DNA of 64,000 bases from a bacterium (lineage in GTDB: Bacteria > UBA8248): positions 3,584,001-3,648,000 of the forward strand of contig CBDBZU010000004.1 of the NCBI GenBank assembly GCA_965213625.1, written 5' to 3'. This document shows positions 37,479 through 47,490 of the stretch, one piece after another. Numbering within the stretch: the first letter of the stretch is position 1; each line of letters starts with the position of its first letter. The position numbers were made by a program, and so were the translations under genes. Below the pieces are notes generated by a model. That model saw only the letters and a list, made by a program, of their open reading frames with translations, did not search any database and was not told where the DNA came from.

Positions 37479-38414
37479 TCATTCGAACAAAGATTTGGGC
37501 ACCATAGCGTGAACACCCTTGGTGCCGTTCACGATTTGGGTAACGCGCAGGTCTACCGCCAGGCTGCACAACCTGTACGCATCATCAGGGCTCATACCGC
37601 GAAGCTCACCAAGGAACTGAATCGTCTCCCGCAAGGCCATCTTGGCCGCGTTATCTAAAATCGGGTCAAACCCCATCAAAATGTAGTGCGATTCCGTCTC
37701 CGCGCGTGGGGTCTTGATATTCATGTCCTTGCGGACGTTCATCTCGAAAGTGCCAATGAGGCCCATCTCGATTCCGTTGATGTTCGCTTCGCCATCCCCC
37801 TGGCAACCATGCCCATCACCTACTGAGAACAAGGCTCCTTCGTTGAAAACCGGCAAGTAGATGGTCGATCCGGCCGTGAATTCTTTGCAATCCGTATTAC
37901 CGCCCCACTCTCCTGGAGGAGACGACGGTACACGCTCAAGCTCCTGTGCGGGCGCTATTCCAAAGTTTCCGAAAAAAGGTCCAAGCGGCACCTTGACTCC
38001 CGCGCCCCAGTCACCCGTTCCGCTTTCCTCGTCAATCTCGACAAGTACGACTCTCGTGTAGGGGAAATCCTCCGGCAGACCACCCACCAAGGGCCTGAAG
38101 CCGTTATAACCCCAGTCATAGCGGGGTTTGACCTCTTGAACCTTGATCTCCAGCACATCGCCGGGTTCGGCGCCCTCGATGGCCACCGGACCCGTCATGA
38201 TGTGCGCCCCGGGCCCCTGCTCCATCGTCTCCAGGATCCGCCTCAGATTTCCCGAAATTCTCTCGGGATGTTTTTTCAGAAAATCCTTGCGTCCAGATTC
38301 GGTTTTCACTACGAGCGTATCGCCGGAAGCAATCGTCAAGACGGGAGCAAGGGCGGCATCATAAAAACCCCAATGGCAGGTATCGACGGTGGTATCCAGT
38401 TCATGCGTGGCCAC
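37479..38414 (-). CDS. Acetamidase/formamidase family protein (copy 1)
   Basis: Same motifs; GGGAGG RBS before GTG. Confidence 0.92.
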   Translation of the reverse strand: MATHELDTTVDTCHWGFYDAALAPVLTIASGDTLVVKTESGRKDFLKKHPERISGNLRRILETMEQGPGAHIMTGPVAIEGAEPGDVLEIKVQEVKPRYDWGYNGFRPLVGGLPEDFPYTRVVLVEIDEESGTGDWGAGVKVPLGPFFGNFGIAPAQELERVPSSPPGEWGGNTDCKEFTAGSTIYLPVFNEGALFSVGDGHGCQGDGEANINGIEMGLIGTFEMNVRKDMNIKTPRAETESHYILMGFDPILDNAAKMALRETIQFLGELRGMSPDDAYRLCSLAVDLRVTQIVNGTKGVHAMVPKSLFE

Positions 38415-38581
38415 AAGCACCCCTCCCTTTTATTCACAGTGAAACAAAAAATATCCTGGAAGGATATCGTCAGGCGTCCATTGAATCCCCGGGCAATTAT
38501 CATCCGGTTATATGTTCTGGATTCGCCGTCGACTCTATCATCCAGGGACTGGAAGATCAAAAATCCACTTGTTGTATTTAT

Positions 38582-39355
38582 TCAAGCAAGAACTGCGTTC
38601 ACGAGCGCAGGCAACACATTGCCTGTTTTTCCTTGAATCCGTATGTCCGCTTTGGCGTCGAAGCGTGTAGGGCCTTCGTTCACGATGATGAGGCGCGCCC
38701 CTGCTTTTCTGGCGCGCTCGGGCAAGCCGCCTGCCGGTCTGACCGACAATGAAGAGCCGGCAACCAGGAAAACCTCTGCCTCTTTCGATGCCTCTACCGC
38801 CCGGGACAATTTTTCCGGAGGCAATCCCTCACCGAAGAAAACCGCATCCGGTTTCAATAAGCACCCACAATCCCCACATTTTGGTATCGCTTCGCCGCGC
38901 TTAACACGCGCGTGCACTTCGGAGCGAGGCAATTTCGCTCCACACCCCACACAAACACATACATGACTCGTTCCGTGCAATTCCACGATCTTTTCCGGAT
39001 CATGACCCGCTTTCTGGTGAAGCCCATCTGTATTTTGCGTCACGAGCAATTTCAGGCGACCGTGCCGGGACAACCTCGCCAAGGCGAAATGTCCACTCGA
39101 TGGAGGGGCATTTTGGACCAGGTTGTATCCTTCTCGCGCAACGTCCCAGTAGCGCGTTTGAATGTCCTCAGAAGCGAGCCACCGACGAATTTCGAAATCT
39201 TTCGGTTCGAATCGATCCCAGATGCCACCTTTGGACCTGAAATCGGGAATACCGCTTTCAGTGCTAATGCCGGCGCCGGTAAGGCACACGGTAGAATGGG
39301 ATTCCACAACCCATGCCGCCGCTTGCTCGATGAGTTTTTCCTGGATATCAACCAA
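38582..39355 (-). CDS. cobB: Sirtuin NAD-dependent deacylase
   Basis: TGAGISTESGIPDFR, TQN.DGLH..AG, ELHG, two CxxC, GSSL.V.P. Confidence 0.9.
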   Translation of the reverse strand: MVDIQEKLIEQAAAWVVESHSTVCLTGAGISTESGIPDFRSKGGIWDRFEPKDFEIRRWLASEDIQTRYWDVAREGYNLVQNAPPSSGHFALARLSRHGRLKLLVTQNTDGLHQKAGHDPEKIVELHGTSHVCVCVGCGAKLPRSEVHARVKRGEAIPKCGDCGCLLKPDAVFFGEGLPPEKLSRAVEASKEAEVFLVAGSSLSVRPAGGLPERARKAGARLIIVNEGPTRFDAKADIRIQGKTGNVLPALVNAVLA

Positions 39356-39490
39356 TCTTATTCCTCGGGTTGAAAATAAATAATAGCAATAACAACAATG
39401 AGATGTGAAATTCAGCCGCCAATTGATGTATGGTACGCAAGAATAGAGCATGTGCAAACAAGAAGTGATGAAATCGTGGGGATAAGAAAA

Positions 39491-40759
39491 TTGTCTGACG
39501 CGAAAAAGCACTTGTTCAGATTAACAACACTCTTCACTCTTCTCGCGCTGGGGATAAGCTTGTCCGGCTGTGCCGATTCCCTTCACCCCAAGGTGAATGA
39601 AAGTTCCGTTAAAATCCTGAAAAACGCCATTGAAGTGGAATTTACCCAACTGACCGGCGAATTTGACCAACTCGATCAAAAAGGCGATCTGGGACTTTGC
39701 GCTCCCCTGCTCTTCGGCGTAGCGCGTTATGCCGTTTATCAGGCGGTAGAGGAGAAACGAACCGCCACTATGGCGCAACTGACCCGATTCATTATGAGAG
39801 CGCGATCGGCAATCATGCACGCAGAAGAGAAAATGCTAAAAAAACAATGTGTCGATACGGATGGGGATGGACTCACCGACCTTACGGAATACCGTAAACA
39901 TAAGACGAAACCTGATAATTCCGACACTGATGGAGATAAGATCTCCGATGCCGAGGAAATTCGTCGGTACCGGACCAACCCGCTCAAAGCGGATACGGAC
40001 GGAGACCTGCTCGACGATGGGGACGAGATATCACGCGGCTTGAGCCCGCTACTCGCCGATAGTGATGGAGACGGATTCATCGACGGCCTAGAAATTGCTC
40101 ATGGTTCGAACGCGCGCGATGCGTGTTCTCAGCCCCTGGATGCGCAAAATCTCGACAGTCTGCGCGAATGCAAACCGAAACAGAATCACGCCAAACCGGT
40201 TCAAGTTCAAATACAGAAAAAGCGAACTCCGGCGTCCACGCCAAAGAAAAAACAATTCCCGAGGGAAAAAAGAAGACACGAGGCCGAAAAGCCGAAAACG
40301 AAACCCTCTCTCAAGCCGCAAGAAAAACGAACCAGAATCATCGAAAAAGCCAATATCGAGAAGAAAAAATCGAAACCGGCGCTATACCACAACGGTTCGC
40401 AACCTGCGCAAAAAGCCCAGGCGATTCGAACCCGCCAGGCCAGCGTGGCCACTCCTGCAGACAAAGAGTCTCAAAATGAGATCACAAATGCGAAAAGAAA
40501 TCATCTCCCCGTGAAAACGCAAAACACAAATCAACACATCGTGAAGAAAGTGAATGCCGAGGGAGCACAAACAAAATCAAGCCCCGAAGATTCGCCCATT
40601 CAAGCGCCAGTCGCGGTTTATCTCATGGAAAACCCTGCAAAAACAGAAAATCCAGCTACGGCTCGGCGGATACCCGAACCTCCTGTGCCAGCAAAGAAAA
40701 AAAGTTCTCCATCTGCCTCTGAGAACTTCCCCTCCGCGATATTCTTGAGGTTGTGGTAG
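39491..40759 (+). CDS. Putative lipoprotein with DxDGD calcium-binding (TSP3-like) repeats and a Lys/Pro-rich disordered tail
   Basis: LSGC lipobox; DTDGDGLTD, DTDGDKISD, DTDGDLLDD, DSDGDGFID; start uncertain. Confidence 0.7.
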   Translation: MSDAKKHLFRLTTLFTLLALGISLSGCADSLHPKVNESSVKILKNAIEVEFTQLTGEFDQLDQKGDLGLCAPLLFGVARYAVYQAVEEKRTATMAQLTRFIMRARSAIMHAEEKMLKKQCVDTDGDGLTDLTEYRKHKTKPDNSDTDGDKISDAEEIRRYRTNPLKADTDGDLLDDGDEISRGLSPLLADSDGDGFIDGLEIAHGSNARDACSQPLDAQNLDSLRECKPKQNHAKPVQVQIQKKRTPASTPKKKQFPREKRRHEAEKPKTKPSLKPQEKRTRIIEKANIEKKKSKPALYHNGSQPAQKAQAIRTRQASVATPADKESQNEITNAKRNHLPVKTQNTNQHIVKKVNAEGAQTKSSPEDSPIQAPVAVYLMENPAKTENPATARRIPEPPVPAKKKSSPSASENFPSAIFLRLW

Positions 40760-40907
40760 AGTCAATCCCGATGTCTCTGGTAAATAGATACGCTTTAATC
40801 TTTGCGGCCATAAGTTGTGGATGCTTCCGCGCCGAACACTGAAAATATTGCACCGCGAACAGTATCGTTTTCATCAGTTGGAGAAGAAGAGAATAGGAGA
40901 AAAGAAC

Positions 40908-42599
40908 ATGACGGAGCAGAAAACAGCCCTGAACCGATTTAGCCGGCGCATCACCCAGCCACCCTCACAGGCCGCCTCACAGGCCATGCTCTACGGTGCG
41001 GGTCTGGATGAAATCGACATGAAAAACCCCCAGATCGGTATTGCCAGCATGTGGTGGGAAGGAAACTCCTGCAATTTCCACCTCAATCGGCTCGCCGAAT
41101 ACATCAAGCAAAGCGTGAATGCCGAGAAAAAAATGGTCGGACTCATTTTCAATACGATCGGTGTGAGCGACGGAATCTCAATGGGCACGGAGGGTATGAA
41201 ATACTCTTTGCAGTCTCGAGATCTCATTGCCGATTCGATCGAGACCGTCGTCGGCGCGCAATGGTACGACGCTCTGGTCACGCTGCCCGGATGCGACAAG
41301 AATATGCCAGGCTCCATCATGGCCATGGCGCGGCTCAACCGTCCCAGCCTGATGGTTTATGGCGGCACCATCAGCCCGGGGTTTCTGAATGGGGACAAGC
41401 TGGACGTGGTCTCCGCCTTTCAGGCCTACGGCGAATATTTCTCGGAAAAAATCGACGAAGAACGTTTTCAGGACGTCATCCGGCATGCCTGCCCGAGCGG
41501 CGGGGCCTGTGGGGGCATGTACACGGCGAACACGATGTCCTCATCCATTGAAACGCTGGGTATGAGCCTGCCCTACAGTTCGTCGAATCCTGCTATGAGC
41601 GAAGACAAGAAAAACGAGTGTCTCGACGTGGGAAAAGCCGTTTATCATCTGCTGGAAAACGACATCAAGCCCAGCGACATCATGACGAGAGAAGCGTTCG
41701 AGAACGCGATTACTATCATCATGGCGCTCGGCGGCTCGACGAACGCCGTTCTCCATTACATTGCCATCGCCAAGGCTGTCGGAGTCGAATTCACGATCGA
41801 CGATTTCCAGGAAATCAGTGACAGAACGCCTTATGTCGCGGATTTAAAACCCAGCGGGAAATTCGTTATGGAAGACCTACACGACGTCGGCGGCGTGCCG
41901 GCCGTCCAAAAACTTCTCTTAAAAGAAGGCCTGCTTCACGGTGATTGTCTTACCGTGACGGGCAAGACGCTCGGCGAGAACATTGAAGCCTTGCCCGACC
42001 TTCATTCCGGCCAGAAGATCATTGTGCCGCTTTCCTCCCCAATCAAGAAATCCGGGCACCTCCAGATTCTCTACGGGAACCTCGCGAGTGAGGGCGCCGT
42101 CGCCAAGATTACGGGTAAAGAAGGCGAGCGCTACGAGGGCCCTGCGCGCTGCTTCGATTCCGAGGAAGACGCTCTCAAAGGATTGGAAGAAAACAGAATT
42201 GAAAAGGGAGACGTCGTCATCATTCGCTACGAAGGACCCAAAGGCGGCCCCGGAATGCGGGAGATGCTGACGGTTACGTCCGCAATCATGGGGGCCGGCC
42301 TCGGGAACGACCTCGCCCTCATCACGGACGGAAGATTCTCAGGCGGCACGCATGGGTTCGTCGTCGGACACGTCACACCCGAAGCCCAAACCGGTGGTCT
42401 GCTCGCTCTTGTTGAAGACGACGACATTGTTTTGATTGATGCCCAAAACCGCATCATGGAACTCAAGGTGCCCGGGGAAGAAATAGAGCGGCGACGGCAG
42501 AACTGGAATGCACCCCCGATAAAATTCACGAAAGGTACACTCTACAAGTACGCCAAGTGCGTATCTTCCGCATCAGAAGGATGCGTGACGGACGAATAG
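40908..42599 (+). CDS. ilvD: Dihydroxy-acid dehydratase
   Basis: [48 protein letters not shown]. Confidence 0.97.
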   Translation: MTEQKTALNRFSRRITQPPSQAASQAMLYGAGLDEIDMKNPQIGIASMWWEGNSCNFHLNRLAEYIKQSVNAEKKMVGLIFNTIGVSDGISMGTEGMKYSLQSRDLIADSIETVVGAQWYDALVTLPGCDKNMPGSIMAMARLNRPSLMVYGGTISPGFLNGDKLDVVSAFQAYGEYFSEKIDEERFQDVIRHACPSGGACGGMYTANTMSSSIETLGMSLPYSSSNPAMSEDKKNECLDVGKAVYHLLENDIKPSDIMTREAFENAITIIMALGGSTNAVLHYIAIAKAVGVEFTIDDFQEISDRTPYVADLKPSGKFVMEDLHDVGGVPAVQKLLLKEGLLHGDCLTVTGKTLGENIEALPDLHSGQKIIVPLSSPIKKSGHLQILYGNLASEGAVAKITGKEGERYEGPARCFDSEEDALKGLEENRIEKGDVVIIRYEGPKGGPGMREMLTVTSAIMGAGLGNDLALITDGRFSGGTHGFVVGHVTPEAQTGGLLALVEDDDIVLIDAQNRIMELKVPGEEIERRRQNWNAPPIKFTKGTLYKYAKCVSSASEGCVTDE

Positions 42600-42606
42600 G
42601 CACTGC

Positions 42607-42650
42607 CCATACAAAAAGAGGGGAGCAAATACTCCCCTCTTTTTGTATGG
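42607..42650. terminator. Bidirectional intrinsic terminator
   Basis: Perfect 19-bp inverted repeat CCATACAAAAAGAGGGGAG / CTCCCCTCTTTTTGTATGG between convergent genes. Confidence 0.9.
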
Positions 42651-42663
42651 CTACTATACTTTT

Positions 42664-43128
42664 CTAAGATGTACCCGTTCTTTTTCTTTTGTTGGCGAAT
42701 TCCTCGAAATATCCTCCGATGGAGGAAGCAGCCCAGTCAAAGTCCATATCTTGGGCTTTTTGCAGCACTTCGTCTCCGCTCAGGTCTTCTTCCTCGGCCA
42801 GATGAATCAGCGAGCAAATCCCGGCTCGCCCTACGCCTTTTCAGTGTACGTACACCGGGCCATCTTTCCTGGCCTCGCTGAGCTTTTGGTGGATTTCCCC
42901 GGACAACTCGTCGCTGATGTTTGCTGCGTTCACGGGAATATGCACGAAGTTCATTCCCAATTCATGCGCCGCCTTGCTCTCTGCATCGGGCGGCAACTCC
43001 GGTTCTTCCTCATCGGCGAAACGCAAATTGACCAGGGTCTTGATCCCCTCATTCGCCAGCGATTCCATATCCTTCCGTCCCGGTTGTCTGCCGAACACGA
43101 GATTTTCAGCCAACTCAATATATTCCAT
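42664..43128 (-). CDS. DUF442/TIGR01244-like sulfurtransferase/phosphatase-fold selenoprotein (Sec96)
   Basis: GRQP, GIKTLVNLR, HIPV, GPVYVH-U-KGVGRA; frame continues 58 codons after TGA (42841-42843) to a TAG adjacent to the terminator. Confidence 0.85.
42809..42830 (-). promoter_or_regulatory. SECIS-like hairpin
   Basis: GGCGAGC-CGGGATTT-GCTCGCT starting 11 nt after the TGA. Confidence 0.6.
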
Positions 43129-43151
43129 GCGCGTTTTCCTCTTTGCGAGTA

Positions 43152-43994
43152 TTACACCCGTTGCACCAGTTCTCGACAGCGAATCAGGCAGGTCGCCCTG
43201 TCATCTTCCCCGTCACGCTTATAAATTCCAAGCAGATTGTTGATCATTCTCTCCACGATTCGGCGGGGCGGGGTTTCCTGTAAAAACCGCATGTCGAAAT
43301 GGTATCCGAGTCCTCGCACAATCGCAGCGCAATCCCCCACGCTCAAGCGTTTTCCCCTCTCGAAGGGGTCTAAAAATATGGGTTCCTCATCTCCCTGGTA
43401 TTTGACGATAAAATGCCCCGGCATCCCGACCCCGTGAAAGGGAAGCCCCAGCCGATTGCCAAGTATCAAATACAAAGCGGAAAGCGATATGGGAATGCCC
43501 CGCCTTCGCTCCAGGACGCGATTCATAAAGCTGTTCTGCACATCATAATAATTCTCGCGAGCGCCATCGAAGCGAAGCTCTCCGTGCAAGTATTCCACGA
43601 CTTCATCGACAATGGCGTCGGCCGTGCGCATGCCATTCAGACGTCCGCGCAAATGGTTTTCCATACTCGTTAGTTCGCCTCTTTTCATCTCCATGTCTTC
43701 GAGGGGATGGCCAAAGGACGCCAACAAGAAACACGCAGCTTCCAAGTCCGCATCTTCCACCGTAGAAAGAGACCAGTCTGAAAAAGCCATTTCGATTTGG
43801 CTGTGATGGAATTCCTGAAGCGACAGCGGCAGTATCACCTCGCTCATCTCGCTCTTCTTCATTATGTCCAGAAGCCTTTTTTGTTCTTCGTCCGAAAATT
43901 CGGAAACCTGGCGGTCCAAAGCCGCCGTCATGCCTGGGGAATCATCACCCAACAAATGACAAATGGCTTCTAATTGTGAGTCACTCAACGACAA
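43152..43994 (-). CDS. SirB1/YchA transglutaminase-like protein
   Basis: NYYD..NS....VL.RR.GIPISL, GVGMPGHF, DPF, RM.NNL. Confidence 0.9.
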   Translation of the reverse strand: MSLSDSQLEAICHLLGDDSPGMTAALDRQVSEFSDEEQKRLLDIMKKSEMSEVILPLSLQEFHHSQIEMAFSDWSLSTVEDADLEAACFLLASFGHPLEDMEMKRGELTSMENHLRGRLNGMRTADAIVDEVVEYLHGELRFDGARENYYDVQNSFMNRVLERRRGIPISLSALYLILGNRLGLPFHGVGMPGHFIVKYQGDEEPIFLDPFERGKRLSVGDCAAIVRGLGYHFDMRFLQETPPRRIVERMINNLLGIYKRDGEDDRATCLIRCRELVQRV

Positions 43995-44099
43995 AATGGC
44001 ACTCCTTCATTCGTGGTCGTTCATTCCCTGGCGCCGCAATTCAAATATGGTATTATCATTCGGACTTATCCACAATTCGCGCTTAACGTGAGGGATCGA

Positions 44100-45725
44100 A
44101 TGTCGACGTATGCCGACGTAGTGGCGGAGGTTCTTCAAGACGCAGGCATCGAATTTATCTTTGGAGTTCCTGGAAGCTTGAGTTCCGTCGAACTCATTGA
44201 AGCTGCGAGAAAGCGGAACATTCGCTACATTCTTTGCAGCAACGAGAGCAGTGCGGCCGTGAAGGCGGGCACGTACGGCATCATGACGGGTCGACCGGGA
44301 GTCGTGAGCACGGGCGTCGGTCCAGGGGCTGCCGCCGTCCTCCACGGCGTGGCGAATAATTTTCTCGAACGCGCGCCATGCCTCATTTTGACTGACCGTT
44401 TTTCCGATGCTCAGTTCCACCGTGAGGGCCGGCAAAAACTCGATCAGGATCGGTTGCTGCGCCCCATCACGAAAGCCACCATCAAGCTCGCAAAAGACAA
44501 CGCCGCGGTAGCCATCAGGCGCGCGCTGGCCTTGGCCGTAGAGGGAAGGCCTGGTCCCGTGCATGTAGACCTCCCCTACGACGTAATGCTGGCAAGTGCT
44601 GAAGAAAACGATTTCCCCCCAAAGGATGCCCCTCAAAAATTTATCCGCCGCACCGGCTCGGCTCACCCTGGCATCGTCACAACTCTCAACGCAATCTCGG
44701 AGTCAACAAACCCGATTGTGATAGCAGGCCTCCAGGTAAACCGTTCGGGAAGAGAAGCCGAAAAGGAATTCGTATCTTTCACTGAAAAACTCGGAGCGCC
44801 TGTTCTCGCCGCACCTTCAGCCAAGGGCGTTTTGCCGGAAAACCATCCTCTCGCCATGGGCACCTTCCGGGGCGCACCCTCTGAGCGGGAATTGATAGAC
44901 AAGTCGGACCTGTTCGTTCTGGTAGGCTTCGACACGGTGGAAGTGTTCGCCCCCGGAAATTGGAACTATCCCCAGAAAGTGATAAATCTGGATGAAGTGC
45001 CGCATCTCAGTGATTTAATTCGGCCGGAAATTGAAGTCGTCGCTGATCTCGCCGATATCCTCAGAGAGTTGAGCGCCTCCGTCACCTCCAAGCATGCCTG
45101 GAACACCGAGGAGATGGATTCATATAAGAAAATGAGACAATCCGCATTGTTCCCCACTGGGGAAGGCTTGATGCCCGGCGCAGTCATCCGGATTGCGAGG
45201 GAATGTCTCCCCGACAACGGCATCATGACCGCCGATGCGGGAAGCCATAAAGTTTTGGCCAATGACATATGGGAGACGAGGCGCCCTCTGGGTTACCTGA
45301 CATCCAGCGGGCTGGGTTCGATGGCCGTCGCCACACCGGCCGCCATGGCCGCCAAATTAACCGAACCGGGCACGCCCGTTGTATGCCTCACTGGGGATGG
45401 AGGTTTTCTCATGCGGATTGGCGACATGGAAGTCGCCGTTCGAGAAAATATCCCCTTCGTTACTGTCGTATTCAATGACCGCTACCTGAACCTGATCAAA
45501 ATCAAACAAGACAACCGCTCTTTCCCGCGGCTTGGAACCGAATTTCGCGATTCCGACTATTCATCCGTGGCAAAGGGACTGGGCTGTGAGGGCGAGAGAG
45601 TTTCTACTGAAGAAGAATTGAAAAATGCGCTCAATCGTGCATTTACATCCGATAAACCCTGGGTAATCGACGCCGTTATAAATCCCGACGGCTATATGGC
45701 TTCAAAAGACGTCCGCGCAGAGTAA
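44100..45725 (+). CDS. Thiamine-diphosphate-dependent enzyme (acetolactate synthase-like family)
   Basis: FGVPG, NE..A, GPG, GRPGPV..D.P.D, GDGGF...FND. Confidence 0.9.
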   Translation: MSTYADVVAEVLQDAGIEFIFGVPGSLSSVELIEAARKRNIRYILCSNESSAAVKAGTYGIMTGRPGVVSTGVGPGAAAVLHGVANNFLERAPCLILTDRFSDAQFHREGRQKLDQDRLLRPITKATIKLAKDNAAVAIRRALALAVEGRPGPVHVDLPYDVMLASAEENDFPPKDAPQKFIRRTGSAHPGIVTTLNAISESTNPIVIAGLQVNRSGREAEKEFVSFTEKLGAPVLAAPSAKGVLPENHPLAMGTFRGAPSERELIDKSDLFVLVGFDTVEVFAPGNWNYPQKVINLDEVPHLSDLIRPEIEVVADLADILRELSASVTSKHAWNTEEMDSYKKMRQSALFPTGEGLMPGAVIRIARECLPDNGIMTADAGSHKVLANDIWETRRPLGYLTSSGLGSMAVATPAAMAAKLTEPGTPVVCLTGDGGFLMRIGDMEVAVRENIPFVTVVFNDRYLNLIKIKQDNRSFPRLGTEFRDSDYSSVAKGLGCEGERVSTEEELKNALNRAFTSDKPWVIDAVINPDGYMASKDVRAE

Positions 45726-45889
45726 TGAAAATTTTTTGCTTGACACAATCCTTTCAACAACGCATCTTATACAATATCGCTTTAAACTTGAGAGAGGGAG
45801 TTCGTTAATCCCTGTGATTCAGGCGTCCAGGCAGGGGCTGGGCTTTATGTCCTCGACCTCATGAGGGGTCTCGCGCGGGAGGATAGTAG

Positions 45890-46096
45890 GTGCCAGAAGG
45901 AACTGTAAAGTGGTTTAGCGATAAAAAGGGGTATGGTTTCATTTCTCGGGAAGATGGCGACGACATCTTCGTTCATTTTTCCGCCATCGTTGCGGATGGA
46001 TTCAAATCGCTGAAAGAAGGTGAAAAGGTTACATTCGAAATCACCCAAGGCCCCAAAGGGCTTCAGGCGGCGAATGTAACCAAACTGGAAGAATAA
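45890..46096 (+). CDS. Cold-shock protein
   Basis: [29 protein letters not shown]; GGAGG RBS; TTGACA at 45740. Confidence 0.96.
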   Translation: MPEGTVKWFSDKKGYGFISREDGDDIFVHFSAIVADGFKSLKEGEKVTFEITQGPKGLQAANVTKLEE

Positions 46097-46134
46097 CTCT
46101 CCTCCCAATCATCGTATTTTTCATCGGGTATAAG

Positions 46135-47490
46135 CTATACGCTGGCCTCGGTATACTCTAAAACCGCCTTTGCAGCATTTTCTCCGCTTCTCACCGCACC
46201 TTCTACAGTTGCCGGCAGGCCCGTTCGAGTCCAGTCTCCAGCCAGAAAAAAACCTTCTATCGGTGTTTTCGTATCTATCCGGTATTTTTGTTCCGACACA
46301 CCGTTCGCCCAGGTAGCCGCGCGCTCCCGAACCACCAAAACATCTAGAATACGGTTACGGGGAATCATGTGATTCAGGCAATCTCGTGCAGACAACTCGA
46401 TGGCCGATCGTTCCTCAGATGCGATGGAATCGTCCGCCCCGGCCAACAGACACACCAGATTTTCCGCACCTTTTCCGCCAGCTTGCGGACGAAAAAGCCA
46501 ATCCCAGTCCTCGTTAACAATCGCTTCGAACGGAGGCCCCTCATTCGGTTCATCAAGCCAGCAATATGCGCTGGCGATAGGCCCTGGACATAGTTTTCCA
46601 AGATTGGAAAAAGGTAATTGTTCACCAAGATCCCCGCCCAGCAGTCTGGCAAAGGCATCGGGCGGCACCGCAGAAATTACTGCGGCAGCACGCAAGCACT
46701 CGTGTTTATTCAGAATTACACCGCTGATAATTGAATTTTTGACCTCAATACCTACTGCGGGTTGCTGAAGCCTAACCTCTCCTCCGAAGTGCCGGATGCG
46801 TTGAGCCGCTCTGTTCGCCCAAAGCGTACCCAAGGCCTTCATCGGCACTCCCAGGGCAGCACCCTCAGGCCCATCGGCGAAGGCCTCGCGTATCACGGTC
46901 TTGAAAAGTTCCGCACTCCCTTGATCCAAAGGCAAGTTCAGTACCGCACGCGCAAACGGCTCCCAGAACCAGCGCACCACCTCATCCTTCTGGCCAAGAC
47001 GCTCGAGCATCTCACTCATGGATTCATTCGGATTCTCATCACCAGATTTCGAAATAATCTTCGAAAGGCCTTTCAAAAGATTCACTTTCTCTCCAAAACG
47101 CGGCCCTCGCCATTTGAGCATGCCTCTAAGTTGCGCAAAAACCCCTCCGCCCTCTGGAAATGACAATTGCGTTCGTCTGGGTGACTCCGCTTCCCGAATA
47201 AGGTAACTCACCTCCAAGGAGGGAGAGAAAAATACATCATCAGCGGCGCCCACCCTTTCCAACAGTGCCCGCAAGGCCGGGTTCGCAGCCATGAATAAAT
47301 GTGGACCCCAATCCAACTCCAGGCCTGTGGATGAGTGCATGAAACTTCTTGCTCGACCTCCGAGAAGCTTTCCCGCCTCGAGCACGATAACTTTGACGCC
47401 CGACTCGGCAAGACGCAAGGCGGCGGAGAGGCCCGCTGCACCGGCCCCTATGATGATAACCGGCCTCTCGAAACCAACAAGCTCAGACAT
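46135..47490 (-). CDS. hpnE: Hydroxysqualene dehydroxylase HpnE-like flavoprotein
   Basis: GAGAAGL, LGGRARS, AGDWT.TGLPAT.EGAV.SG; follows hpnCD. Confidence 0.85.
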   Translation of the reverse strand: MSELVGFERPVIIIGAGAAGLSAALRLAESGVKVIVLEAGKLLGGRARSFMHSSTGLELDWGPHLFMAANPALRALLERVGAADDVFFSPSLEVSYLIREAESPRRTQLSFPEGGGVFAQLRGMLKWRGPRFGEKVNLLKGLSKIISKSGDENPNESMSEMLERLGQKDEVVRWFWEPFARAVLNLPLDQGSAELFKTVIREAFADGPEGAALGVPMKALGTLWANRAAQRIRHFGGEVRLQQPAVGIEVKNSIISGVILNKHECLRAAAVISAVPPDAFARLLGGDLGEQLPFSNLGKLCPGPIASAYCWLDEPNEGPPFEAIVNEDWDWLFRPQAGGKGAENLVCLLAGADDSIASEERSAIELSARDCLNHMIPRNRILDVLVVRERAATWANGVSEQKYRIDTKTPIEGFFLAGDWTRTGLPATVEGAVRSGENAAKAVLEYTEASV

